NCBI GenBank assembly: GCA_025786725.1
Contig: JAHLTZ010000003.1
Span: 1 to 64,000, forward strand
Reading direction: 5' to 3'
From: Syncephalis fuscata S228
Taxonomy: Eukaryota > Fungi > Zoopagomycota
Length of the DNA stretch: 64,000 nucleotides
The translations under genes and the position numbers were made by a program. Below are positions 1-11,600 of this stretch, one piece after another (within the stretch, counting starts at the first letter, position 1; every line of letters starts with the position of its first letter). The notes under the pieces were generated by a model. It had not been told where the DNA came from and did no database searches. It saw only the letters and a list, made by a program, of their open reading frames with translations.

Positions 1-396
1 TGATGGAGGCATAGTTTGGTCCATCTTCTATCACCCAATCACAGCTATTTGGATTACCGTTGTAAGCACTTCGAGGTTGAATACGATTTGAGTCGGTAAA
101 GACGCTATTGTAGTTTGAACACATAGGAAGAGGATAGCAGGATGTTGAGGAAAATGAATTTTTAAAATCACAGCCTTCGGAACAGGATTTTACATCTGAG
201 CCGCAGTTGCCATTAAAGCAGCAGGGAGATGAAGAAGCGCATTTTTTGCCTTCGTTTTTGCAAACAGCATCAACACCATCTAGACAGCTATTGATGAGTA
301 ATGCCGCAACTGCTGGCACAAATATCCACCACTAAATAGCAGTATAATTATTAATGAATACTCAAATTTAATGATGCTATTTACCTGTGAGTGCAT
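1..396 (-). CDS. GH16 Crh/Utr2-like cell-wall transglycosylase paralog, 5' part (runs off the window start)
   Basis: Manual translation of exon 385-396 plus exon <1-331 (GT-AG intron 332-384): MHSQWWIFVPAVAALLINSCLDGVDAVCKNEGKKCASSSPCCFNGNCGSDVKSCSEGCDFKNSFSSTSCYPLPMC... Signal peptide and Cys-rich module are colinear with the adjacent GH16 gene. Confidence 0.8.
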
Positions 397-880
397 ATCA
401 AATTGAGTATGAGTAGCCGAGAGACTTGCCCGCAAGAGTAAGAAGGTACAAAAGTATTTGATGCTGTGGAGCAGAGGAAAATAGTGAGTAAAGTGAAATA
501 TTCGTATTAAGCTATGTAGTACAGCCTGTTGCTTGTTTAAATGGCCATCGACGCCTAGAAATGTAAAGTCCGCACTAAACTAATGGGTAAATAAATAGCC
601 TTAGTAGACTTTTTATTGTTGCACAATTGCTGCATTAGTCAAAGCTTATTCCAAAAATGGAGTTTGAAATGCATAAATTCGCTTTTAGTAATTATAATTA
701 TAATCAATAACTAATGGAATATAATTTTCCCATGCCATTTAAAACAAAAATAGACGATTGTCGTAAATCAGCGTAGTTTGCCGCTAATAATGACTAATAA
801 GGCTTGCTAAAATATGCATTTTTATTGATGCTTTGATAGAATCGCAGTGTAAAAATACGCGCAATAAGATAAACGGGAAG

Positions 881-2210
881 TTAGAGAACAAGGATAGCAC
901 TGATAACTGCCACCAAACCTGCCACCAAAGTGACTGGAGCGGTAAATGTGGTTGCGTAAGAGCTATTACCAGAACCACCATCATCAGCACTTGGGACATA
1001 TGGACCTTGTGGATTGGCAGTACCCTTAGGCTCTGGACCGTAGCCGGCAGGTGGCCAACTGCCAGTAGCATTAGGATAAAGACATTCGATCTTGATGCTC
1101 TTTACAAACATCGAGTAGATCTTGTTCTTGTCGGACCAGTTGGTTGGCGTGCCAGCCCAATCAGCAGTGCCTTTAAGACCCATGCCGCCGTCCCAGATAG
1201 AGAACTGAACGTTCGACATTTTATTGGGGAACTTGTAGGTGCCATTGTCCATTTTTGCGGTAGAGTCGCGAGTAAGAGTACGAACAGCCTTGCCATCAAT
1301 CCACCAGGTGACGTGGTCTGGCATCCATTCGATCGCATATTCGTGAAATTCTTTGCTAGTATCAACGCCCATTTGGTGGTGACTTCCCTTGGTGTAATCC
1401 AACTCGTTGTTATAGTAATAGTTGGACTGTACCTCGGTCGGGTCCTTACCGACCCATTCAAAGTCAATCTCGTCACCTTCTGGTGATTTCGTAATGAACG
1501 ACGAGACAACACCTGGTGAGGTGGAGGCCGACTTCATGACCACAGTGGCCTTACCATACTCCAGCAAGCTAATAATCAAATATATTAGTATACCAAAGCA
1601 ATATATATATATATATTAAATCCAGTACTTACCGAGTCCAGGTGACCGTGGCACCAAAGCCACCGTAGTTACCAGCATCATTCTTCTTATCGCCCTGGTA
1701 TTTCATATCCAACTGCAATCCGTTGCTATTGATTGATGCATAGTCTGGCTTAAAGTCACTGGTCCAGTCGTAATTATTTGGATTGGCATCATATTCATTT
1801 GCATTGATAAGCTTTTTGGCATTATCAAATTTGGTTTCAAAATTGACACAAGCCGGCTTTGGATAGCAAGACTTGGTCGTGTATGAGTTTTCTGGGTCAC
1901 ACCCAGCGGCACAGAAATTAGGCTTGCTATCACAGTAGCCGTTAAGACAACAAGGAGAGTCCTTGTTACATTTGGCACCAAAATTTTTGCAAATGGCATC
2001 CACTTGAGTCAAAGAAGCGGCGAAAAGTAGCGATGCTACTGCAGCAATCGTCTAAACAGCGGCAATGTCGTTGGTTAGTTCAGCGTACTGGTGTAGCGTG
2101 GCAATTAATAGAATCACACGTTTTAAGGTTTTGAAATAGTCGACAGATGCAGTAAAAGCACACATCATCCTACCAATGCCATTTCTACTTACCGGAGTAA
2201 ATCTTGCCAT
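881..2210 (-). CDS. GH16 Crh/Utr2-like chitin/glucan transglycosylase with N-terminal Cys-rich (CBM18-like) module and GPI-like C-terminus
   Basis: Exons 2193-2210, 1633-2051 and 881-1568 join in frame. Signal peptide, SPCC..GYC module, catalytic GDEIDFEWVG motif, SIWDGG..GTADWAG, hydrophobic C-terminal tail. Confidence 0.9.
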
Positions 2211-3460
2211 ATTATTAGAGCTCTGCTTGTAATAAAGATGGTTAGTTGTATTAGGAAAGCAGAAATAGTAAAAGATAGTGTTTAATAGGAAGAAAAAAAT
2301 AAAAGTGCTTATGTATCTCTTACTCAAACACGTATAGTGTATTAGTAGGAAACGTGAAAAGTCAAGTAGCGAAGAGTGAAGTGGTGGCAGTGGCAACGGT
2401 GTTGAGAAGATGCTGATAAAGCAACGAGCGCACGACCAAAAATGCTGGCTATAAGAAACAAAAAAGAATGGGAATGTCGGGGCAAACGTACAAGCGGAGT
2501 AAACACAACAATGCAACGTGTCGATGAGAACATTTTCGGCGGACAACCAGCCACTTTAAGTAATCCGCGCGAGTCTTTAGAACATGTGGACGTGGTTATT
2601 CTTTCCAGTCTTCCCAAAGGCTTCGTTCTTCCGTGACGCCTATTGAAAGTACGAGTTTGTCATACTAGAAGCGTCTTTTCCACTTGCGGCATATCAAATC
2701 TATTCATTGTGGTAGCACGGCTATCTATTTCTGTCCTTGCAACCACCTGATCTGCTTGTTCTTTTACAAATTTATTCAAGAGCGCCAATTAATGCTATGA
2801 CACTCAATTCCCCATCCTTCATTGCTTTTTAGGAATCTATTGATTTATTGATTACTGCTTGATAAGTCGCTGCCTCAGCAATAGCCGAAACGAGCACGAT
2901 ATAGCCATTAATAGCGACCATTTGTGTTGTAATATATTCGTCCAAACGTGCTACCATAGTGGTGCTAAGTAGCGGATCTATTGCAGCGGTTTGTTATACG
3001 GGCTCAGTCCATACAACAACCAAATTAGGGGCGATATTGCTAAAAGTGTACAAGCCGTGGACAATCAACAACGCAATTGTCTCGAAAACAATGGCCTGGG
3101 TTTACTAGAGCAAAGCTATTTTTGTCCGAACTTCAAGGGCCTGAGTTAATGTGCGACAATAGTGCGCCAATCGACGATGACTAGATTATAGTAGAGATAG
3201 CATTGCATGCTATAGATGACATTAAATATAACAATGTAAATGTGTGCATATTTTGGCAATCTATAAAAAACATTACAATTCTAAACCTTTTTTTTATTTT
3301 ACATTAATACTGGCAATCAAATACCCAGCTTATACGTAATTCTAGTTATATAAATATATAAACATTATATTTTATTAATTAATAAAGTTTAACGTTCTTT
3401 ACATCTACTTTGCGTACATTTTACATTGCTACATACTAACTAAATCCAGATTCATTTATT

Positions 3461-4975
3461 ATGTTTTCAAATTCAATTCCGTTGCAGGTTAAGGCTGTAA
3501 AGTCTAGCATAACCGGAATTGGATGGAAGCCTAAGTATCTGAATCCTTTGGAACACTTAGTACTGTCGACACACTAGTCACTCATACATATCTTTTTCAC
3601 GATATATTTTTCTAAAAGAAATTGAGCTTAATAGTACCTTTAATAATGCTCCTTGTATCAACCAAAATGACTTTGCTCAAGCTTTTCTTTCACTTATAGC
3701 TCGTTTTTCCAATACAGGCTGCCTTAACGATAAAACAATAAAATTAAGAATGCTTGGATGAAGCAATAAAAATAGTTTTATTTAAAAATATTACAAAGCC
3801 TGCAGCCCATTTAAAACAACCATTTGCCTCTAAAAACCTAAGTAAAATCAGCTTAGATTAACAACCAATATGCGATATAATCAAGCCAATCTTTGACTTA
3901 TATCCACCGAATTACAAGTTTTTATCAGAATCCATATACTACAATGCTAAAGCTTGTCCTGAAAAAGACATGAATGCATATTATTAAATAGCTAAAATTG
4001 GTGAAGAAAGATATAAAAATAATTTACAATGCTTTCCTTTGCGCACATCTTAAATTCCTGGCTACATGCAGATTGCTACGTTTATTCTGTGTCAATGTAT
4101 TTCAGATGCAAATTCCGATAATTTTCCAGACAATAAAGATGCCTGGAGCCAAGTTGTCGATCTAAAAAAGGCATTTAAATCTAACAACAATCAACGTGGC
4201 TCTCTAAGTTTTCAAGGATTGATTTAAATATATGGTGCTGATGTCTCTATGTTAATGCATAACAAGAACAACAAAGATAGACTCAAACCAGGCAATGTTC
4301 AAAAAGAAGTTTAAAAAAACAGGTATGCTATCAACACATTGGTGGTATTAATAGAAATAATTTAATAGCAACTGCTGACAAGTGTGTATTAATTGATCCT
4401 GGAAAAAGAGACTTAATATATTTTGTGCATGAATTCAGCACCATTTAAGAGCCAACGACCTACAGATATACTTTAAATTAAAGACATTTTGATACTGGGA
4501 GTAAGAAGTATTGCAAAATCAAATTGGAGTTAAAATTAAAGTATCTCGATGTTTAAGAAAATAAAAATTTATTGTCTCAGTGTTGAATCAGATCTGTTGG
4601 TTTATTTAATTTTAAAAAATATCTCGCCGTTCGTGCTATTGCCTGCCAATCTCTAGCAACATAATACACGTTTTAAACAAATATAGGCTTTATCAAATAA
4701 AACTGGCTGTTTAAAAAACTAAAGCTAAATTTGTACACTAGACAACAACAAGCTAACCAAAAGCTTGTCAATAAGCTTAAATCCAAGTTTGATAGTGATG
4801 CTACTTTGATATTTGGTAACTGTTATGCTAGTCATGTAAAGTTTCAAAGACCCATTCGAGATGCTGGCTTGAAGCGTATAGTTCAAAAGAATGATTCTAA
4901 CGTGCTTTTAGTTGATGAGTATAACAGATCTAAAACCTGTCCCACTTGTCAAGCTCAAGGTTTACAATTTTATAC
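3461..4975 (+). pseudogene. Decayed Fanzor1-type (TnpB-like) RNA-guided nuclease gene, transposon relic
   Basis: Fragments across frameshifts and stops: KSSITGIGWKPKY..VDTLVTHTYLF.RYIFLKE; LQCFPLRTS*IPGYMQI; FQGLI*IYGADVSML; RuvC-I KCVLIDPGKRDLIYFVHE (D at 4395); LIFGN; RuvC-II LLVDEYNRSKT followed by zinc-finger CPTC (4911-4949). The second CxxC and RuvC-III were not found. Confidence 0.8.
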
Positions 4976-5082
4976 GACAATGTCGAATACAATAATATAA
5001 ATAACAGCAATATTAAGTGGTTATATCTATTATGATTTACCATGAATAAATATAATAATATTCTTTTATTAAATTGGTATTT

Positions 5083-5880
5083 TTATTTATAATTTTACGT
5101 ATAATCAGTAAATTGTCTAACATTTTACCCAAGTATGCACATAGCATATAGGTGACTATTGGCAAAGTATACCGCAATTGTATTAAGGGATAGTGTAATG
5201 GTTGCAATAATACGCTAAAAAATGTGTAAAAATAACAGTTTTTTGTCATTCATAGCTTATATAATTAACATATAGCAAAATAGCTGCCATATTCGAGTTT
5301 TCCATGCTTGGCTGTATCGTTTGGTATGACTTGTAGAACAATGATTTTTGCAAAATAAATTAGCCAAAAATGCAATTTACATGTAAATTAACAAAAAAAT
5401 GATAACTATAATTTTGGAAATTTAATGGTAAAAATGATATTTGGACTAAAATAGATTCAAAACGTTTTACAATACAATAATAATAATAATAGCAAGCTAG
5501 TATGCAAAATATTGATGTACGATGGAATCTATGGCATATACATATATTTATACGTAAAATTTCGTTAGCAAATATTTACGTAAATTGCATTTTGACTAAC
5601 ATTTTTTTGCAAAAATCATTGTTCCATATTTTCTATCAAACGGTACAGCTTAGCATGGAGAACTCGAATTTGGTAATCATTTTGCTGTATTTTGTTCATA
5701 CAAGTCATGAATGGCAAAAAACTGTTATTTTTGCATATTTATTAGCGTATTATTGCAACTATTACACTATCCCTTAATACAATTGCAGTATACTTTGCCA
5801 ATAGTCACCTATATGCTATGTGCATAATTGTACAAAATATCAAGCAATTTGCTTCATTATACGTAAAGTTATAAATAATA
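5083..5880. mobile_element. Non-coding foldback/MITE-like element with ~310-bp inverted arms
   Basis: ~5083-5390 is the reverse complement of ~5572-5880, including a perfect 39-bp match (5134-5172 vs 5788-5826). Spacer ~180 bp. TSD not resolved. Confidence 0.8.
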
Positions 5881-6244
5881 TTATTAAAATTTTATTGATT
5901 AAGCTATTTCTGTTTTTATAATCTAAAGCTTATTGCATTCTACCATTTAATTATACTAGAATCGCTTTTTAATACGTCGTATACTGTCATAGCATCAAAG
6001 TAATAATTTCAAACTTGAATTTGCAAACTAACGCTTTATCCGTATTTAATAGTAATATAAATATAAATAATATATTTTTACAGCTAGCATAGCTATTAGA
6101 AATAAAAAATTATAATACATGTTTACGATAGCCTTATTGGTATCATTAAATATTATAGTCGTGTTGTTACTGTTCTATAATTCCGGACAGGGTATTGTGA
6201 AAGTGTGACCAAGAGATATACCATGTGATTGGATCACCAGTTAA

Positions 6245-7230
6245 AGTCGCATGTGATTAATTGCAAGAATAATATACCTATCGAATATTAGTACCATTAC
6301 TAGTAACAAATGCCTATTACGACAATATGACAAGCAGCTACTTGTTAGTTGTAACAATGAGCAGCCACCTGAACTAATATGCTGCGCTAATGATGACATA
6401 TTACAAGGCATTCCAGTTCTATTATTAGTTATGTTTACTATATAATATAGCTTTATTCAATATAATAAAGAAATAATCAAGTTTTAGTCCAATATTATTT
6501 CTACTTAGTGTCGTACAAGTTATTCAGTTTATTATAGTTAAACTGTGGTAATTAATGACCAATAAGGAATAGTTTTATTATAAAAGCAATACAACCAAAC
6601 AACACATTGTATTCTGAGCATTAAGGTGTTGCTTGGTCATCTAAGTTGCAATTTCTAAAACTAGAAGCGTAACAGTGTGGTTATTATAATTTGACTAGAA
6701 ATGCACAATATAATTAGACAAAAATGTAACATTGCATGTGATTAGTTACAAAAATAACACATCTGTCAGATATCAGTACTAAGTGATAATAAACACGCAA
6801 TTGTTATAAGAATATGATTAGTGGATATCTATTAGTTATTAACATATGAACAGCTCAATAAACTGATACCGCTATGTTAATTATAAAATACTACAGATCA
6901 TTCAGTTTCTATCATTAGATCTATTGCTATAAAATAATAATTTTATTTAATATCAATAAACTACATTAGTTTTCATTCCACCTTATCTGTGTTTAATGTC
7001 ATACAGATTATTCAGTTTATACAGTTAGATTGTGGTAATTAATAATCAATAAGCTTATTATTAAAGCAATACAACCGACCAGCACATTGTATTTGTGCAT
7101 TAAATAAACGTTAATAAATATTGAAACTAGCATTATAAAATAACCCCAGGACAATGTACTACTTGATCATTTAAAACACATCTCTTTAATTAGGAATATA
7201 ACAACATAATAAATGCATCATACTTTTATA
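6245..7230. repeat. Diverged ~485-bp tandem duplication with ~110-bp internal subunits
   Basis: CATGTGATT at 6250 and 6736; 6510-6625 aligns with 6998-7103; TACAGAT(C/T)ATTCAGTTT at ~6892 and ~7002. Confidence 0.6.
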
Positions 7231-7620
7231 CAAATATTCATACATTTTTATACTTATTCGTTTTGATTTATACCAGTTTATATTTTAATATCTATAAATT
7301 ATGTTTATGATAAATAAAGACAATTGCTTTTTAATGTGAGCCTGTTATTTCTATACTATCTGCTATACGGCGTAGGCGATTATTAAAAAATACGCACATA
7401 TGTATACACTCATGCTGCATAATTGCTTACTGGCATACTCTACAACTTACTACAAGGCTCGGCTGTATTGTTTTTACTAGATCCTACAGTAGCTACATCA
7501 TTATGTCCACTTACGATTAATGGAAAATAACAATACATAATGCACAGAGCGACTAGAAGTTGGCATACGGTGCACCTGTTATGATACCCAGATGAGTGTT
7601 AAAATTATAATTATTTGGAG

Positions 7621-8187
7621 CTACTGTACTTTGACTCCCACATTTTTATTCATTCATCTCATTACTATAGCATGTATAATATTGCATCCAACATTAATTA
7701 ATTATGTGTAATTATTAATACAATAATGTAGGCAATTAGTTATCTTTATTGTTGCTTTAATATATATATTGTCCTTCATTTAGTCAGATTGGCTATAGGA
7801 AAAGTGGCTGTTTAATAAACAATATTTATAATACTTATATTAATACTGATCTTACAGCACAGATATACCCATAATGCAATAGTAGAATAATAGAAAATAG
7901 ATGAGACCATTCAGATGCAATAACAACAAATGCAGAATGACATGAAATTACAATCATATGGCTTCTATTAATATTCTATCAATCTTTCTACACATGGCCA
8001 ACAATAACAATAATCAGCCTCAAACGTTTCAAAGAAATAAAATAGTATGTTACATTATTTATTTAAATCATTTATTAACAACGTTTTAATAAAAAGTAAT
8101 ATAGCTATGTTATGTATAATAACGGCATGACTCTGATTGGAATGAATTTTGCTATGAAGACTCAAAAGTGAGAGTCAAAGTAAAGTT
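7621..8187. mobile_element. MITE-like element, family B (short TIRs), full-length copy
   Basis: Left end CTACTGTACTTTGACTCCCACATTT and right end AAAAGTGAGAGTCAAAGTAAAGT are imperfect inverted repeats. The body is repeated at 39790-40240 (inverted), 51440-51635 and 18258-18385. Confidence 0.7.
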
Positions 8188-8259
8188 TAACTATTTGTCA
8201 TCATTTCCCAGCCTGGCCACTATCGTTGTCTTTCATTCATATTTCTACTTTACACTAGA

Positions 8260-9508
8260 ATGACAGATTTTGTGACGCCAGCAAATGCACCAGAGCACTG
8301 TCCGGTAAGCTAGCGATTATACTGATCAATTAAAATCGCGCCAACCCATTTACCCATTTGCAGGGCACGGCAAGCGAACAAGCTGGTAAAGCCGATGCTT
8401 GTGCCGGCTGTCCTAATCAGCAGCTATGCTCTACGGCTCCAAAAGGACCCGATCCTGGTATGTTGTTTGTAATTGCATGGAAAGCCAATACGATTGATAG
8501 ATTCGTGTAAATTCTAGATATTGCTGTCATTTGTGACCGTTTAGCTACTGTACGCCACAAAGTTTTAGTTCTATCAGGAAAAGGAGGAGTAGGGAAGAGC
8601 ACTTTTACTGGGCAGCTTGCATTCTCGCTGGCTGCTGTTGATGAAAAAGCGCTACAAGTTGGTGTTGTAGATGTGGATGTTTGTGGCCCTTCGATACCCC
8701 GTGTAATGGGAGTGGAAGGAGAACGTGTTCACCAAGCAATGACAGGCTGGCAACCAGTCTATGCAGACGACAATTTAGCTGTGATGTCAGTTGGCTTTCT
8801 TTTGCGCGAATCAGCCGATGCCGTTATATGGCGCGGGCCTAAGAAAAATGGTTTGATTAAGCAATTTCTAAAAGACGTCGAATGGGGAGATTTGGACTAT
8901 TTATTGGTGGACACACCACCAGGCACAAGCGATGAGCATCTATCATTGGTGCAATATCTGCGCGACGCCGGTGTTGACGGCGCTCTTGTAGTGACTACAC
9001 CGCAAGAAGTTGCACTAGCAGACGTACGTAAAGAGCTCAACTTTTGCCGCAAAGTGGGATTACGTGTTCTTGGAGTTGCCGAAAATATGGCTGGTTTCGT
9101 GTGCCCCAACTGTAAAGTGAGTCGAGACTGTACCGTGATGTAGATTAGAATATGTGCTTACTAATAGCATGATTATTAATATGTACCATTTTAGGGCGAG
9201 TCTGAAATATTTCCCTCTAATAGTGGAGGTGCACAGAAAATGGCAGAAGAGTTTGGTGTGCCATTCCTGGGCTCAGTTCCGCTGGATCCACTAATTGGTA
9301 ATTAGATATACGAAATAATATTGCTTTTCTAACCAAAAAAATAGGAAAATCATGCGATCACGGCGTATCATTTGTTGAAACTTATCCGGATTCTCCAGCT
9401 AGTGGTGCATTTCTCAAAGTAGTTAAAGGTATGTAATTTGAATAGCACGCTGTTTATAAGCTAACAGTATATTTTACAGCATTGCGACAACAGCTTGATC
9501 AAGCCTAA
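8260..9508 (+). CDS. NBP35: Cytosolic Fe-S cluster assembly factor Nbp35/NUBP1
   Basis: Spliced (5 introns). N-terminal [20 protein letters not shown]-loop [47 protein letters not shown]. Confidence 0.95.
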
Positions 9509-10159
9509 ATATACATTTATCTGCTTAAAACTGCGTGTTTGTGTAATATGAATAAAAATAGTCAGTTATACACCCATTGTATATTATTCTTTTGTTTAAT
9601 CAATTTTTTGCGAAATAAATAACAATATTGTTGGCGTATCGGCTAATTAATATTACAAAGATGTTTATTTACGATGTTTATACTTTACCTTTATACATCG
9701 ATCTATATTAATAAAACGATAAATACACGATAAATATTATCTTTGCAACTTTACCACATTGTAACCTATTTACATACTAATATATATATAATAAAACGTA
9801 ACACTAAACAAACTAGACAAGCTTAAACTATAATCAATTAATAAATAAGATTAATGATTGCTATTTATTTTGCCCTCTTCCCCTATTTCAGCGTAATAAA
9901 TCTCTTTACGCAATCAATCTTAATGTTATTGTTTATTATTATTTTTATAAAATAAAATTAAATGTAACAGAAAACTGTATCAGTAATAATATTAAACATT
10001 TCAATAAAACTTACATTTTTAGCAATGTTATCAATAATTATTTAGTTGTTCTATTTGATTATCCTAGTGTTGTTGCACCAATACATACATGCTATATATC
10101 ATTTCATTTTTAATTTTAGCACTTGTTAATTGAATTAGATAAATTGCATCATCATATAA

Positions 10160-10525
10160 AATATTGCATGTTATTTAACATTATTATACAATCTAATTAA
10201 GTTTATTAGTTATTCTAGTATTATTTGTGGTTGCAATGGTTTTTTTTTAATAACACTCAATTTATTGAACATGATAGTGGATGGTGGATGACATTAGCCA
10301 TCAAATTATAATAATTTGAATACTTTACAGCAACAATAACATAAATTAACATTGATATATTTATAATATTTTATTGTAGTGACATGAAAATACTATTTAA
10401 TATCAATTTTGATATTGAAAATAGGATAAACTGGCTTAACTCCACTTGAATTAATTGAAGTTAATATAACACTACTTCAACAAATAACAGCTATTAGTAT
10501 TAAAAATTGATTGACGGTTTGTTAT
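10160..10525 (+). repeat. Dispersed repeat, family A' (shares the family A terminal core)
   Basis: 10255-10525 matches the reverse complement of 17890-18190. 10160-10240 resembles 42665-42740 and 34853-34930. Confidence 0.7.
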
Positions 10526-10742
10526 TCAAGTTATAAATCTTTTTGTTTAGTTTAAGGTTAAAGTACTCGAAATAAAATAGCTTATTTGTACATCATTAAC
10601 AATTACAGTTAATATTCTAGGTGCCAAAAATATCCATTTTATTCAATAAAATAGTATTCTAAAGCTAATGCATTGCCATATGCTCGATGTTAAAACAGGA
10701 GTGTTAAGAAGCCCAGCTTCTGTAATCATGCTAAAAGTCGTT

Positions 10743-11600
10743 TTAGTAAGCTGGAGCGGGAGTGTAAGGAGTAGATGGAGTAGATGGAGTGTAAGGAGTA
10801 GATGGAGTGTAAGGAGTAGATGGAGTATATGGAGTGTTATCACCGTTATTGTCATTGTTGTTGTCTTTATTGCCACCTTTGTAGTTGCTACCACCGCCGC
10901 TGCCGTGACCGCTGCCGTGACCGCTGCCGTGACCGCCGCCGTGACCGCTGCCTTTGCCTTTATACTTGTCACTATCGTTGTCATCATCATCATTCTCATC
11001 ATATTTGCCATTATCATCATCATTCCCATCATATTTGCCATTATCATCATTGTTGCTATCCTTATAGCTGTTGTTATGACTCTTCTTCTTCTTCTTCTTG
11101 TTCTTCTTAGGCTTTGGTTTACCCTCGGTCTCTTCTTTACATAGGCATGATCCGTCACTTTTTGCTCCATAAACACATGTTGTGGGTGAGGTAGGCTCGT
11201 TACAGCTATTGCTGGTAGAATTCATACCGTATTGGCATGTGTTGGTGTTATTGCCGGTGGTGGCACATTGACCATCGGGCCCCATACCATAGAGGCAAAC
11301 AGGCGGAGCAGATACGCAAGTATTGTCTTGATTTGTACCATAAGGACATTCAGGGCACGAAGGTCCTTTATCCATGCAGCTGCCATCCGTACGCATTCCG
11401 TATGGGCAGTAAGCATCTGTTGTTGGTGCTGGTGCCGGTACTGGCTCTGGTGCTGGTGCTGGTACTGGCTCTGGTGCTGGTGCCGGAGTACTTGTATAAT
11501 CACGACGCATAAAATGAGGTTGAGCATTTGATCCTACGGCAAGCATGGCAACTAGTACGCCAGCACTCATAAGTGTACTTAAACTGTAATGACTACGCAT
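10743..11600 (-). CDS. Secreted modular repeat protein (Pro-rich, five CxYG Cys modules, Lys/Asp/Gly-His blocks, YTPSTP tail)
   Basis: 285-aa single-exon ORF with signal peptide, RR dibasic site, codon-periodic repeats and C-terminal APAY. Confidence 0.85.
   Translation of the reverse strand: MRSHYSLSTLMSAGVLVAMLAVGSNAQPHFMRRDYTSTPAPAPEPVPAPAPEPVPAPAPTTDAYCPYGMRTDGSCMDKGPSCPECPYGTNQDNTCVSAPPVCLYGMGPDGQCATTGNNTNTCQYGMNSTSNSCNEPTSPTTCVYGAKSDGSCLCKEETEGKPKPKKNKKKKKKSHNNSYKDSNNDDNGKYDGNDDDNGKYDENDDDDNDSDKYKGKGSGHGGGHGSGHGSGHGSGGGSNYKGGNKDNNNDNNGDNTPYTPSTPYTPSTPYTPSTPSTPYTPAPAY

Noticed and set aside
833-1486. 217-aa + strand ORF, and similar antisense/alternate-frame ORFs over 10643-11531, 20966-22144 and 38471-39566
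   Set aside because: Shadows of real genes, produced by codon bias and tandem repeats.
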